A stretch of 64,000 nt of DNA from Escherichia coli (GCF_030013205.1 NZ_CP122648.1), one strand, 5' to 3'; shown: positions 42,809-54,185, numbered from the stretch's first letter. The notes: generated from the sequence alone by a model not told the origin. Numbers and translations: made by a program.

Positions 42809-44800
42809 ATGTCCTCACGTAAAGAGCTTGCCAATGCTATTCGTGCGCTGAGCATGGACGCAGTACAGAAAGCCAAATCCGGTCACCCGGGTGCCCCTAT
42901 GGGTATGGCTGACATTGCCGAAGTCCTGTGGCGTGATTTCCTGAAACACAACCCGCAGAATCCGTCCTGGGCTGACCGTGACCGCTTCGTGCTGTCCAAC
43001 GGCCACGGCTCCATGCTGATCTACAGCCTGCTGCACCTCACCGGTTACGATCTGCCGATGGAAGAACTGAAAAACTTCCGTCAGCTGCACTCTAAAACTC
43101 CGGGCCACCCGGAAGTGGGTTACACCGCTGGTGTGGAAACCACTACAGGTCCGCTGGGTCAGGGTATTGCCAACGCAGTCGGTATGGCGATTGCAGAAAA
43201 AACGCTGGCGGCGCAGTTTAACCGTCCGGGCCACGACATCGTCGACCACTACACCTACGCCTTCATGGGCGACGGCTGCATGATGGAAGGCATCTCCCAC
43301 GAAGTTTGCTCTCTGGCGGGTACGCTGAAGCTGGGTAAACTGATTGCGTTCTACGATGACAACGGTATCTCTATCGATGGTCACGTTGAAGGCTGGTTCA
43401 CCGACGACACCGCAATGCGTTTCGAAGCTTACGGCTGGCACGTTATTCGCGACATCGACGGTCATGACGCAGCATCCATCAAACGCGCAGTAGAAGAAGC
43501 GCGCGCAGTGACCGACAAACCGTCCCTGCTGATGTGCAAAACCATCATCGGTTTCGGTTCCCCGAACAAAGCCGGTACGCACGACTCCCACGGTGCGCCG
43601 CTGGGCGACGCTGAAATCGCCCTGACCCGCGAACAGCTGGGCTGGAAATATGCACCGTTCGAAATCCCGTCTGAAATCTATGCTCAGTGGGATGCGAAAG
43701 AAGCAGGCCAGGCGAAAGAATCCGCATGGAACGAGAAATTCGCGGCTTACGCCAAAGCTTATCCGCAGGAAGCCGCTGAATTTACCCGCCGTATGAAAGG
43801 CGAAATGCCGTCTGACTTCGACGCCAAAGCGAAAGAATTCATCGCGAAACTGCAGGCTAACCCGGCGAAAATCGCCAGCCGTAAAGCGTCTCAGAATGCT
43901 ATCGAAGCTTTCGGTCCGCTGTTGCCGGAATTCCTCGGCGGCTCCGCTGACCTGGCACCGTCTAACCTGACCCTGTGGTCTGGTTCTAAAGCAATCAACG
44001 AAGATGCTGCGGGTAACTACATCCACTACGGTGTTCGCGAGTTCGGTATGACCGCGATTGCTAACGGTATCTCCTTGCACGGTGGTTTCCTGCCGTACAC
44101 CTCCACCTTCCTGATGTTCGTGGAATACGCACGTAACGCCGTACGTATGGCTGCGCTGATGAAACAGCGTCAGGTTATGGTTTACACCCATGACTCCATC
44201 GGTCTGGGCGAAGATGGCCCGACTCACCAGCCGGTAGAGCAGGTTGCTTCTCTGCGCGTGACCCCGAACATGTCTACATGGCGTCCATGTGACCAGGTTG
44301 AATCTGCAGTGGCATGGAAATACGGTGTTGAGCGTCAGGACGGCCCGACTGCGCTTATCCTCTCCCGTCAGAACCTGGCGCAGCAGGAGCGTACTGAAGA
44401 GCAGCTGGCAAACATCGCGCGCGGTGGTTATGTGCTGAAAGACTGTGCCGGTCAGCCGGAACTGATCTTCATCGCGACCGGTTCGGAAGTTGAACTGGCT
44501 GTTGCTGCCTACGAAAAACTGACTGCCGAAGGCGTGAAAGCGCGCGTGGTTTCCATGCCGTCTACCGACGCATTCGACAAGCAGGATGCGGCTTACCGTG
44601 AATCCGTCCTGCCGAAAGCGGTTACCGCTCGTGTTGCGGTGGAAGCTGGCATTGCTGACTACTGGTACAAGTATGTTGGCCTGAACGGTGCTATCGTCGG
44701 CATGACCACCTTCGGTGAATCTGCTCCGGCAGAGCAACTGTTTGAAGAGTTCGGTTTCACCGTTGACAACGTTGTTGCGAAAGCAAAAGAACTGCTGTAA
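42809..44800 (+). CDS. tktA: transketolase 1
   Basis: 663 aa from [34 protein letters not shown]; six-frame ORF trimmed by 10 aa. Confidence 0.95.
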   Translation: MSSRKELANAIRALSMDAVQKAKSGHPGAPMGMADIAEVLWRDFLKHNPQNPSWADRDRFVLSNGHGSMLIYSLLHLTGYDLPMEELKNFRQLHSKTPGHPEVGYTAGVETTTGPLGQGIANAVGMAIAEKTLAAQFNRPGHDIVDHYTYAFMGDGCMMEGISHEVCSLAGTLKLGKLIAFYDDNGISIDGHVEGWFTDDTAMRFEAYGWHVIRDIDGHDAASIKRAVEEARAVTDKPSLLMCKTIIGFGSPNKAGTHDSHGAPLGDAEIALTREQLGWKYAPFEIPSEIYAQWDAKEAGQAKESAWNEKFAAYAKAYPQEAAEFTRRMKGEMPSDFDAKAKEFIAKLQANPAKIASRKASQNAIEAFGPLLPEFLGGSADLAPSNLTLWSGSKAINEDAAGNYIHYGVREFGMTAIANGISLHGGFLPYTSTFLMFVEYARNAVRMAALMKQRQVMVYTHDSIGLGEDGPTHQPVEQVASLRVTPNMSTWRPCDQVESAVAWKYGVERQDGPTALILSRQNLAQQERTEEQLANIARGGYVLKDCAGQPELIFIATGSEVELAVAAYEKLTAEGVKARVVSMPSTDAFDKQDAAYRESVLPKAVTARVAVEAGIADYWYKYVGLNGAIVGMTTFGESAPAEQLFEEFGFTVDNVVAKAKELL

Positions 44801-44810
44801 TCGGTAAGAT

Positions 44811-44838
44811 GCAGGGCCGCGAAAGCGGCCCTTTTTTT
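44811..44838. terminator. bidirectional terminator shared by tktA and the convergent SPFH gene
   Basis: GGGCCGC-gaaa-GCGGCCC followed by TTTTTTT; the T-run overlaps the SPFH stop codon. Confidence 0.8.
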
Positions 44839-45745
44839 ACTTAGTAGAGATAAACGGAACTGTACTGCCGGGGATCATGGTATCGGGTAGCTTACCGTCC
44901 CACCGCTCTGCAGTGGTAAGGGCTACAAGTCCGGGATTATCCCGCAGAGCTTCACCGCGCAGGCGGATTGCTTCTGCTTCAGCCGCACTTTTTAAACGAA
45001 TAGTTTCAGCCTCTGCCGCGCCTCTTACGCGAATGGTTTCTGCTTCTGCTTTGGCCGCTGCAAGTTTACTGTCTGCTTCTGCCTGGGCCTGAGTTACCGC
45101 TATTTGCGCCTGGATTTTCTCTGTTTCCAGATTTTGCTTACGCGTGGCAATTGCAACTTCCGCTTTCATTCGGTCTTCAATCGATTTTTCATAAGCATCT
45201 GAAAAATCGATATTCTCGATCTGAACTCCGTCTATCACTACCGGGCCAACAATCGCTTTGCGCATCGCGTTTTGCAGATCCTGCACCAGTTTCGTACGAT
45301 CTTGTACCGCGCTAATGGCGGTATATTGCCCGAAAACGTTCTCCAGTTGGGTTGGCAGCTGGCGGACGATCAGACGCTCTTTTAAAGATTCAATGGTGTT
45401 GTAGGTTGTATAAACTGCGCCAGCTTCTGAAGGTTTAATGTGGAAGCTGACTGATACTGTCATTTGTGCCGGTTGCTGGTCGCGGCTGTAGGCCTGTAAT
45501 CCCTGATAAACCACAGCCTGATTACGCGTGGAAATTTTCTCCACGCTTTCCATAAAAGGGATCTTAAAACCCAGACCCGGCTCGGCAACTTTTACGATTT
45601 TTCCGTAGCGCAGCAAAATGCCGCGTTCACCTTCATTAACGGTGTAATACGAGAGAAATGGCAGCACAACCACGGCAAGCACGCCAATGACGATAGCAAT
45701 AGATTTTTGTGGGCGAAATGAGGTTATTGAAACAGGTGCTTTCAT
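44837..45745 (-). CDS. SPFH/band-7 (prohibitin/HflC-like) membrane protein
   Basis: 302-aa ORF with N-terminal membrane anchor, SPFH core and Ala/Glu-rich repeated C-terminal segment (AAAKAEAETIRVRGAAEAETIRLKSAAEAEAIRLRG). Confidence 0.8.
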   Translation of the reverse strand: MKAPVSITSFRPQKSIAIVIGVLAVVVLPFLSYYTVNEGERGILLRYGKIVKVAEPGLGFKIPFMESVEKISTRNQAVVYQGLQAYSRDQQPAQMTVSVSFHIKPSEAGAVYTTYNTIESLKERLIVRQLPTQLENVFGQYTAISAVQDRTKLVQDLQNAMRKAIVGPVVIDGVQIENIDFSDAYEKSIEDRMKAEVAIATRKQNLETEKIQAQIAVTQAQAEADSKLAAAKAEAETIRVRGAAEAETIRLKSAAEAEAIRLRGEALRDNPGLVALTTAERWDGKLPDTMIPGSTVPFISTK

Positions 45746-46122
45746 GACAATCTTCCTTGAGTAAAGTGTGGGAATATGTCACATGAGGTGAGGAGAAAAC
45801 AGCCGACAGGTGAGAATTCAGAATCTATAAAGGGGTATAGCGAAAAAACATTGCATTAGAAAAGTATGCTTTCGGACATTCAATAAATAAATAGAGACAT
45901 GCATCACAAATACAATAACAAACAAAATGTTGATTTTGTGATAAACATAACAAATACAAAGTTGACTTTGTAAGTATTTATTTCATGTTGTTGTTATTTA
46001 AAGTTTTATTATTTTTGTTCATGGGGTTTTTCTTCTCGCGTACCCAATTGCTTTCATTAAACCGCACGAGTATTTTATTTTTACCGCCGGACGGTACCAT
46101 AAAAATAAAATAAGGATAATTT

Positions 46123-46566
46123 ATGCGGCTTAGTGATTATTTTCCAGAATCATCAATCTCAGTTATACATTCAGCAAAAGATTGGCAGGAAGCTATCGAT
46201 TTCTCGATGGCATCATTGCTGGATAAAAACTATATCAGCGAGAATTACATTCAGGCAATTAAAGATTCCACCATTAACAATGGCCCTTATTATATTCTCG
46301 CGCCAGGTGTGGCAATGCCTCATGCGCGACCGGAATGTGGGGCGCTTAAAACCGGGATGTCTTTGACGTTACTTAAACAAGGCGTTTATTTTCCGGGGAA
46401 TGACGAACCGATTAAATTACTCATCGGGCTTTCTGCTGCCGATGCCGATTCGCACATTGGCGCTATTCAGGCGTTAAGTGAATTACTGTGCGAAGAAGAA
46501 ATACTCGAACAACTCTTAACAGCATCATCAGAAAAACAATTAGCGGACATTATCAGCTGCGGATAA
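46123..46566 (+). CDS. cmtB: mannitol-type PTS enzyme IIA (cryptic)
   Basis: 147-aa ORF; PTS EIIA (mannitol/fructose type) fold; precedes cmtA. Confidence 0.85.
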   Translation: MRLSDYFPESSISVIHSAKDWQEAIDFSMASLLDKNYISENYIQAIKDSTINNGPYYILAPGVAMPHARPECGALKTGMSLTLLKQGVYFPGNDEPIKLLIGLSAADADSHIGAIQALSELLCEEEILEQLLTASSEKQLADIISCG

Positions 46567-46593
46567 TGACTCTCTCCTCTACAGGATAATATT

Positions 46594-47982
46594 ATGGAAA
46601 ACAAGTCTGCTCGTGCAAAGGTCCAGGCTTTTGGGGGCTTTTTGACGGCAATGGTCATCCCCAATATCGGTGCTTTTATTGCCTGGGGTTTTATTACTGC
46701 ATTATTTATTCCTACTGGTTGGCTGCCGAATGAACATTTCGCCAAAATTGTCGGCCCGATGATTACCTATTTATTGCCCGTGATGATTGGTTCTACCGGT
46801 GGTCATCTGGTCGGCGGTAAACGCGGCGCGGTCATGGGCGGAATTGGTACGATTGGTGTGATCGTCGGCGCTGAAATCCCGATGTTCCTTGGCTCGATGA
46901 TTATGGGGCCGCTCGGTGGTCTGGTGATTAAATATATCGACAAGTCGCTGGAAAAACGCATACCTGCTGGTTTTGAGATGGTTATCAATAACTTCTCATT
47001 AGGTATCGCGGGGATGCTCCTTTGTCTGCTGGGTTTTGAAGTGATCGGCCCGGCGGTGTTAATTGCCAATACTTTCGTCAAAGAGTGTATCGAGGCGCTG
47101 GTACATGCGGGTTATCTGCCTCTGCTGTCAGTCATCAATGAACCGGCGAAAGTGCTTTTCCTTAATAATGCGATCGATCAGGGCGTCTATTATCCGCTGG
47201 GAATGCAACAGGCTTCGGTTAACGGTAAATCCATCTTCTTTATGGTGGCCTCTAACCCAGGTCCGGGCCTGGGGCTGCTGCTGGCGTTTACCTTGTTTGG
47301 TAAAGGGATGAGTAAACGTTCTGCGCCCGGGGCGATGATTATTCACTTCCTCGGTGGGATCCACGAACTGTATTTCCCATATGTGCTGATGAAGCCGCTG
47401 ACTATTATTGCCATGATTGCGGGCGGTATGTCTGGCACCTGGATGTTTAACTTACTGGACGGTGGTCTGGTGGCTGGCCCAAGTCCGGGGTCTATCTTTG
47501 CTTACCTGGCGCTGACGCCGAAAGGTTCGTTCCTGGCGACAATTGCCGGTGTTACGGTAGGTACCCTGGTGTCCTTTGCTATCACTTCGCTGATACTGAA
47601 GATGGAAAAAACGGTGGAAACGGAGAGCGAAGATGAGTTTGCTCAGTCAGCCAATGCGGTTAAGGCGATGAAACAAGAGGGTGCATTCTCGTTAAGCCGG
47701 GTTAAGCGTATCGCCTTTGTTTGCGATGCGGGGATGGGCTCCAGCGCGATGGGCGCAACCACCTTCCGTAAACGTCTGGAAAAAGCGGGGCTGGCAATTG
47801 AAGTAAAACATTACGCGATAGAAAACGTGCCTGCGGATGCCGATATCGTCGTCACTCACGCAAGTCTTGAAGGTCGTGTAAAACGCGTAACCGATAAACC
47901 GCTGATATTGATTAATAACTATATTGGCGATCCGAAACTCGACACTTTATTTAATCAATTAACCGCCGAACATAAAAACTGA
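46594..47982 (+). CDS. cmtA: mannitol-type PTS enzyme IICB (cryptic)
   Basis: 462-aa ORF, membrane IIC domain plus C-terminal IIB. Confidence 0.85.
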   Translation: MENKSARAKVQAFGGFLTAMVIPNIGAFIAWGFITALFIPTGWLPNEHFAKIVGPMITYLLPVMIGSTGGHLVGGKRGAVMGGIGTIGVIVGAEIPMFLGSMIMGPLGGLVIKYIDKSLEKRIPAGFEMVINNFSLGIAGMLLCLLGFEVIGPAVLIANTFVKECIEALVHAGYLPLLSVINEPAKVLFLNNAIDQGVYYPLGMQQASVNGKSIFFMVASNPGPGLGLLLAFTLFGKGMSKRSAPGAMIIHFLGGIHELYFPYVLMKPLTIIAMIAGGMSGTWMFNLLDGGLVAGPSPGSIFAYLALTPKGSFLATIAGVTVGTLVSFAITSLILKMEKTVETESEDEFAQSANAVKAMKQEGAFSLSRVKRIAFVCDAGMGSSAMGATTFRKRLEKAGLAIEVKHYAIENVPADADIVVTHASLEGRVKRVTDKPLILINNYIGDPKLDTLFNQLTAEHKN

Positions 47983-47996
47983 TTGCAGAGGTAAAA

Positions 47997-49274
47997 ATGA
48001 AAACTAAAGTTGCTGCTATTTATGGCAAGCGGGATGTCCGTCTGCGCGAATTTGAATTGCCCGAAATTACCGATAATGAACTGTTAGTGAGTGTAATTTC
48101 TGACAGCGTCTGTTTATCGACCTGGAAAGCGGCGTTACTCGGTAGTGAACATAAACGCGTACCCGACGATTTAGAAAATCATCCGGTCATTACCGGGCAT
48201 GAATGTGCCGGGGTTATTGTTGAAGTGGGTAAAAATCTCACCGACAAATATAAAAAAGGCCAGCGTTTTGTATTGCAACCGGCGATGGGGTTACCAAGCG
48301 GATATTCAGCGGGCTACAGCTACGAATATTTTGGCGGTAACGCCACCTATATGATTATTCCTGAAATAGCCATTAACCTGGGCTGCGTATTACCGTATCA
48401 CGGCTCTTATTTTGCTGCGGCGTCGCTGGCAGAGCCTATGTGCTGCATTATTGGCGCTTATCATGCCAATTATCACACCACGCAATATGTTTATGAGCAT
48501 CGCATGGGCGTTAAACCTGGCGGCAATATTGCGCTGCTGGCATGTGCTGGCCCGATGGGCATTGGCGCTATCGATTATGCCATTAACGGCGGCATACAAC
48601 CGTCGCGGGTGGTGGTGGTCGATATCGACGACAAACGCCTGGCCCAGGTACAGAAGCTGCTGCCGGTGGAGCTGGCGGCCAGTAAAGGCATTGAACTGGT
48701 GTATGTGAATACCAAAGGGATGAGCGATCCAGTCCAGATGCTGCGGGCGCTTACAGGAGATGCCGGGTTCGATGACATTTTTGTTTATGCGGCGGTGCCT
48801 GCTGTCGTTGAGATGGCTGACGAATTACTGGCGGAAGATGGCTGCCTGAACTTCTTTGCCGGGCCGACGGATAAAAACTTCAAAGTGCCGTTTAATTTCT
48901 ACAACGTCCATTACAACAGCACGCATGTCGTCGGTACGTCCGGCGGTTCAACGGACGACATGAAAGAGGCGATTGCGCTTAGCGCCACAGGGCAGTTGCA
49001 GCCGTCGTTTATGGTGACCCATATCGGTGGGCTGGATGCGGTGCCTGATACCGTGCTCAATCTGCCGGATATCCCCGGCGGTAAAAAACTCATTTATAAC
49101 GGCGTGACCATGCCGCTGACTGCCATTGCCGATTTTGCCGAAAAAGGCAAAACCGATCCGCTGTTTAAAGAACTGGCGCGGCTGGTTGAGGAAACGCATG
49201 GCATCTGGAATGAGCAGGCCGAGAAATATCTGCTGGCGCAATTTGGCGTTGATATTGGGGAGGCCGCGCAATGA
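47997..49274 (+). CDS. yggP: zinc-dependent alcohol-dehydrogenase-like protein YggP
   Basis: 425-aa ORF MKTKVAAIYGKRDVRLREFELPEI; medium-chain dehydrogenase family. Confidence 0.85.
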   Translation: MKTKVAAIYGKRDVRLREFELPEITDNELLVSVISDSVCLSTWKAALLGSEHKRVPDDLENHPVITGHECAGVIVEVGKNLTDKYKKGQRFVLQPAMGLPSGYSAGYSYEYFGGNATYMIIPEIAINLGCVLPYHGSYFAAASLAEPMCCIIGAYHANYHTTQYVYEHRMGVKPGGNIALLACAGPMGIGAIDYAINGGIQPSRVVVVDIDDKRLAQVQKLLPVELAASKGIELVYVNTKGMSDPVQMLRALTGDAGFDDIFVYAAVPAVVEMADELLAEDGCLNFFAGPTDKNFKVPFNFYNVHYNSTHVVGTSGGSTDDMKEAIALSATGQLQPSFMVTHIGGLDAVPDTVLNLPDIPGGKKLIYNGVTMPLTAIADFAEKGKTDPLFKELARLVEETHGIWNEQAEKYLLAQFGVDIGEAAQ

Positions 49275-50236
49275 TGTCCCTGGCGTGGCCATTATTTCGC
49301 GTTACGGAACAGGCAGCGTTGGCTGCCTGGCCGCAAACCGGATGTGGCGACAAAAATAAAATTGATGGCCTGGCGGTCACCGCGATGCGCCAGGCATTAA
49401 ACGACGTCGCTTTTCGTGGGCGAGTGGTTATCGGCGAGGGAGAGATTGACCATGCGCCGATGCTGTGGATTGGCGAAGAGGTGGGCAAAGGCGATGGGCC
49501 AGAAGTCGATATCGCGGTTGATCCCATTGAAGGTACGCGGATGGTGGCGATGGGGCAGAGCAATGCGCTGGCGGTCATGGCTTTCGCCCCTCGAGATAGC
49601 CTGTTACACGCGCCCGATATGTATATGAAAAAACTGGTTGTTAATCGGCTGGCGGCGGGCGCGATTGATCTGTCCATGCCTCTGGCGGACAACTTGCGCA
49701 ACGTGGCGAAAGCGTTAGGCAAACCGCTGGACAAGCTGCGTATGGTTACGCTGGATAAACCGCGCCTGAGTGCCGCAATTGAGGAAGCAACACAGCTGGG
49801 TGTGAAGGTTTTTGCCCTGCCGGATGGCGATGTCGCCGCCAGCGTGCTGACTTGCTGGCAGGATAATCCTTACGATGTGATGTACACCATCGGCGGTGCG
49901 CCAGAAGGCGTGATTTCTGCCTGTGCCGTTAAAGCATTAGGCGGGGATATGCAGGCCGAGCTGATTGACTTTTGTCAGGCTAAAGGGGATTACACGGAAA
50001 ATCGGCAGATTGCAGAGCAGGAGCGCAAGCGTTGCAAGGAAATGGGCGTTGACGTTAACCGTGTGTACTCGCTCGATGAACTGGTGAGGGGGAACGATAT
50101 CCTCTTTAGCGCTACGGGCGTGACGGGCGGCGAGCTAGTGAACGGTATCCAACAGACGGCGAATGGGGTGCGGACGCAGACATTACTGATCGGCGGCGCG
50201 GACCAAACGTGTAATATAATAGACTCCCTGCATTGA
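49271..50236 (+). CDS. yggF: class II (GlpX-like) fructose-1,6-bisphosphatase YggF
   Basis: 321-aa ORF; start overlaps the yggP stop. Confidence 0.85.
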   Translation: MMSLAWPLFRVTEQAALAAWPQTGCGDKNKIDGLAVTAMRQALNDVAFRGRVVIGEGEIDHAPMLWIGEEVGKGDGPEVDIAVDPIEGTRMVAMGQSNALAVMAFAPRDSLLHAPDMYMKKLVVNRLAAGAIDLSMPLADNLRNVAKALGKPLDKLRMVTLDKPRLSAAIEEATQLGVKVFALPDGDVAASVLTCWQDNPYDVMYTIGGAPEGVISACAVKALGGDMQAELIDFCQAKGDYTENRQIAEQERKRCKEMGVDVNRVYSLDELVRGNDILFSATGVTGGELVNGIQQTANGVRTQTLLIGGADQTCNIIDSLH

Positions 50237-50257
50237 TGGTGATCTATCGGAAGACCA

Positions 50258-50767
50258 ATGGCGACGCTGACAGAAGATGATGTGCTTGAGCAACTGGATG
50301 CACAGGACAATTTATTTTCATTTATGAAAACTGCGCATTCTATTTTGCTCCAGGGGATACGCCAGTTTCTGCCGTCGCTGTTTGTCGATAATGATGAAGA
50401 GATCGTCGAATATGCAGTGAAGCCGTTACTCGCCCAAAGCGGCCCGCTTGACGATATTGATGTTGCACTGCGTTTGATTTACGCGCTGGGGAAAATGGAT
50501 AAATGGTTGTACGCCGATATCACGCATTTTTCCCAGTTTTGGCATTACCTGAACGAACAGGATGAAACGCCCGGATTTGCCGATGATATAACCTGGGATT
50601 TTATCAGCAACGTCAATAGCATAATCCGCAATGCGAGTCTCTATGACGCGTTGAAAGCGATGAAATTCGCCGATTTCGCCGTCTGGTCAGAGGCGCGTTT
50701 TAGCGGGATGGTCAAAACGGCGCTGACGCTGGCAGTAACGACCACCTTAAAGGAATTAACGCCGTGA
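50258..50767 (+). CDS. yggD: YggD (MtlR-like repressor family; also called FumE)
   Basis: 169-aa ORF MATLTEDDVLEQLDAQDNLFSF. Confidence 0.8.
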   Translation: MATLTEDDVLEQLDAQDNLFSFMKTAHSILLQGIRQFLPSLFVDNDEEIVEYAVKPLLAQSGPLDDIDVALRLIYALGKMDKWLYADITHFSQFWHYLNEQDETPGFADDITWDFISNVNSIIRNASLYDALKAMKFADFAVWSEARFSGMVKTALTLAVTTTLKELTP

Positions 50768-51477
50768 AAATCGAACTGACGGTGAATGGACTAAAGGTAC
50801 AGGCGCAGTACTCTGATGATGAAATTGAAAATGTACATAAACCGCTACTGCGTATGCTGGCGGCCTTACAGACGGTAAATCCGCAGCGGCGTACGGTGGT
50901 TTTTCTTTGCGCTCCGCCGGGGACGGGTAAATCTACCCTAACCACCTTCTGGGAATATCTCGTGCAACAAGACCCGGAACTACCCGCTATTCAGACACTC
51001 CCGATGGATGGTTTTCACCATTACAATAGCTGGCTGGATGCGCATCAATTGCGCCCCTTCAAAGGCGCACCAGAGACATTTGACGTTGCGAAACTGGCGG
51101 AAAATCTGCGCCAGGTAATGGAAGGGGATTGTACGTGGCCGCAGTACGATCGACAAAAGCATGATCCTGTTGAAGATGCGCTGCACGTTACCGCACCCCT
51201 CGTCATCGTCGAAGGAAACTGGCTATTACTGGATGATGAAAAGTGGCAGGAGTTGGCATCTTTCTGCGATTTTTCTATTTTTATTCATGCACCTGCTCAA
51301 ATTCTGCGGGAACGCTTGATTAGTCGTAAAATTGCGGGAGGGTTATCGCGGCAAGAAGCCGAAGCTTTTTATGCCCGAACCGATGGTCCCAATGTCGAGC
51401 GTGTGCTGGTGAATAGTCGTCAGGCCAATCTGATAGTAGAGATGACCGAAGAAGGCAGATATCACTTCAAAAGCTGA
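50764..51477 (+). CDS. yggC: P-loop kinase YggC
   Basis: 237-aa ORF with Walker A (CAPPGTGKST); start overlaps the yggD stop. Confidence 0.8.
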   Translation: MKIELTVNGLKVQAQYSDDEIENVHKPLLRMLAALQTVNPQRRTVVFLCAPPGTGKSTLTTFWEYLVQQDPELPAIQTLPMDGFHHYNSWLDAHQLRPFKGAPETFDVAKLAENLRQVMEGDCTWPQYDRQKHDPVEDALHVTAPLVIVEGNWLLLDDEKWQELASFCDFSIFIHAPAQILRERLISRKIAGGLSRQEAEAFYARTDGPNVERVLVNSRQANLIVEMTEEGRYHFKS

Positions 51478-51761
51478 CAATTTATTCCAGTTATTGCAGG
51501 GGTATTATTACGCCAGCCTGGAATAAAGCTCCCTACAAAAGGGGATAAAAGTGTGATGTAAGTCAGATAAATGTCTTCTTCGGCTGGACAATCATTCCTT
51601 TTATTCCACGTTTCGCTTATCCTAGCTGAAGCGTTTCAGTCGATTAAATGTTCGACAATTAACCAATCAGTCGCAGTTTGCGACAGGTAAGGTTTCCCCG
51701 GACGATTTGCTGGATTACTCTGTCTGGCAAATTTGCTCAGGGAAAACCTTGCAGGAGATCT

Positions 51762-52781
51762 ATGACCGTACGCGTAGCGATAAATGGCTTCGGTCGCATC
51801 GGGCGTAATGTGGTTCGTGCTTTGTATGAATCCGGACGTCGGGCGGAAATTACCGTGGTGGCAATCAACGAACTGGCGGATGCTGCGGGCATGGCGCATT
51901 TGTTGAAATATGACACCAGCCATGGCCGTTTTGCATGGGAAGTACGACAGGAACGCGATCAACTTTTTGTTGGTGATGACGCCATCCGCGTATTGCATGA
52001 ACGTTCACTGCAATCGCTCCCCTGGCGTGAACTTGGCGTTGATGTAGTCCTCGACTGCACCGGCGTATATGGCTCCCGCGAACATGGCGAAGCGCATATT
52101 GCCGCCGGGGCTAAAAAAGTGCTCTTTTCACATCCTGGCAGTAACGATCTCGATGCGACCGTTGTTTACGGCGTCAATCAGGATCAACTTCGTGCGGAAC
52201 ACCGCATCGTTTCTAACGCTTCCTGTACCACGAATTGCATAATTCCCGTCATCAAATTGTTAGATGATGCGTACGGTATTGAGTCCGGCACTGTGACCAC
52301 AATTCACTCCGCCATGCACGATCAACAGGTTATTGATGCATACCATCCTGACCTGCGTCGCACCCGGGCAGCCAGCCAGTCGATCATTCCGGTCGATACT
52401 AAACTGGCCGCCGGTATCACACGATTTTTTCCGCAATTTAACGATCGCTTTGAAGCGATTGCGGTACGTGTGCCAACCATAAATGTGACGGCAATCGATT
52501 TAAGCGTGACGGTGAAGAAACCTGTAAAAGCCAATGAAGTCAACCTGTTGCTGCAAAAAGCAGCACAAGGTGCATTTCATGGTATAGTTGACTATACGGA
52601 ATTGCCGTTGGTCTCTGTAGATTTTAACCACGATCCGCATAGTGCCATTGTCGATGGTACTCAAACCCGGGTCAGTGGCGCACACCTGATCAAAACGTTG
52701 GTCTGGTGCGATAACGAATGGGGCTTTGCTAACCGAATGCTCGACACGACGTTAGCTATGGCTACTGTTGCTTTCAGGTAA
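51762..52781 (+). CDS. epd: erythrose-4-phosphate dehydrogenase
   Basis: 339 aa from [16 protein letters not shown]; six-frame ORF trimmed by 28 aa. Confidence 0.9.
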
Positions 52782-52830
52782 GACGCAAGCAGCGTCTGCA
52801 AAACTTTTAGAATCAACGAGAGGATTCACC

Positions 52831-53994
52831 ATGTCTGTAATTAAGATGACCGATCTGGATCTTGCTGGGAAACGTGTATTTATCCGTGCGGATCTGAACG
52901 TACCAGTAAAAGACGGGAAAGTAACCAGCGATGCGCGTATCCGTGCTTCTCTGCCGACCATCGAACTGGCCCTGAAACAAGGCGCAAAAGTGATGGTAAC
53001 TTCCCACCTGGGTCGTCCTACCGAAGGCGAGTACAACGAAGAATTCTCTCTGCTGCCGGTTGTTAACTACCTGAAAGACAAACTGTCTAACCCGGTTCGT
53101 CTGGTTAAAGATTACCTCGACGGCGTTGACGTTGCTGAAGGTGAACTGGTTGTTCTGGAAAACGTTCGCTTCAACAAAGGCGAGAAGAAAGACGACGAAA
53201 CCCTGTCCAAAAAATACGCTGCACTGTGTGACGTGTTCGTAATGGACGCATTCGGTACTGCTCACCGCGCGCAGGCTTCTACTCACGGTATCGGTAAATT
53301 CGCTGACGTTGCGTGCGCAGGCCCGCTGCTGGCAGCTGAACTGGACGCGCTGGGTAAAGCACTGAAAGAACCTGCTCGCCCGATGGTGGCTATCGTTGGT
53401 GGTTCTAAAGTATCTACCAAACTGACCGTTCTGGATTCCCTGTCTAAAATCGCTGACCAGCTGATTGTTGGCGGTGGTATCGCTAACACCTTTATCGCGG
53501 CACAAGGCCACGATGTGGGTAAATCCCTGTACGAAGCTGATCTGGTTGACGAAGCAAAACGTCTGCTGACCACCTGCAACATCCCGGTTCCGTCTGATGT
53601 TCGTGTAGCAACTGAGTTCTCTGAAACTGCACCGGCTACCCTGAAATCTGTTAACGATGTGAAAGCTGACGAGCAGATCCTGGATATCGGTGATGCTTCC
53701 GCTCAGGAACTGGCTGAAATCCTGAAGAATGCGAAAACCATTCTGTGGAACGGTCCGGTTGGCGTGTTCGAATTCCCGAACTTCCGCAAAGGTACTGAAA
53801 TCGTGGCTAACGCTATCGCAGACAGCGAAGCGTTCTCCATCGCTGGCGGCGGCGACACTCTGGCAGCAATCGACCTGTTCGGCATTGCTGACAAAATCTC
53901 CTACATCTCCACTGGCGGCGGCGCATTCCTCGAATTCGTGGAAGGTAAAGTACTGCCTGCAGTAGCGATGCTCGAAGAGCGCGCTAAGAAGTAA
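52831..53994 (+). CDS. pgk: phosphoglycerate kinase
   Basis: 387 aa from [25 protein letters not shown]; six-frame ORF trimmed by 21 aa. Confidence 0.95.
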
Positions 53995-54002
53995 AAAATC
54001 AC

Positions 54003-54028
54003 AGGGCAGGGAAACCTGCCCTTGTTTC
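54003..54028 (+). terminator. hairpin after pgk (partial terminator or processing site)
   Basis: AGGGCAGG-gaaa-CCTGCCCT followed by a short T-rich tract. Confidence 0.55.
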
Positions 54029-54097
54029 AGCGCGCTTTTAAAGCACGCACTTTTTCATACTCTAAATAATTCGAGTTGCAGGAAGGCGACAAGAGAG

Positions 54098-54185
54098 TGA
54101 ATCCCCAGGAGCTTACATAAGTAAGTGACTGGGGTGAGCGAACGCAGACGCAGCACATGCAACTTGAAGTATGACGAGTATAAGG
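54098..54185. repeat. ERIC/IRU-like intergenic repeat (short form)
   Basis: TGAATCCCCAGGAGCTTACATAAGTAAGTGACTGGGGTGAGCGAACGCAG... matches the remembered ERIC core; pgk-fbaA intergenic. Confidence 0.55.

Noticed and set aside
42815-44737. 640-aa minus-strand ORF
   Set aside because: Antisense shadow of tktA; Arg/Val-rich low-complexity translation with no recognisable domain.
52813-53511. 232-aa minus-strand ORF
   Set aside because: Antisense to pgk; shadow ORF.
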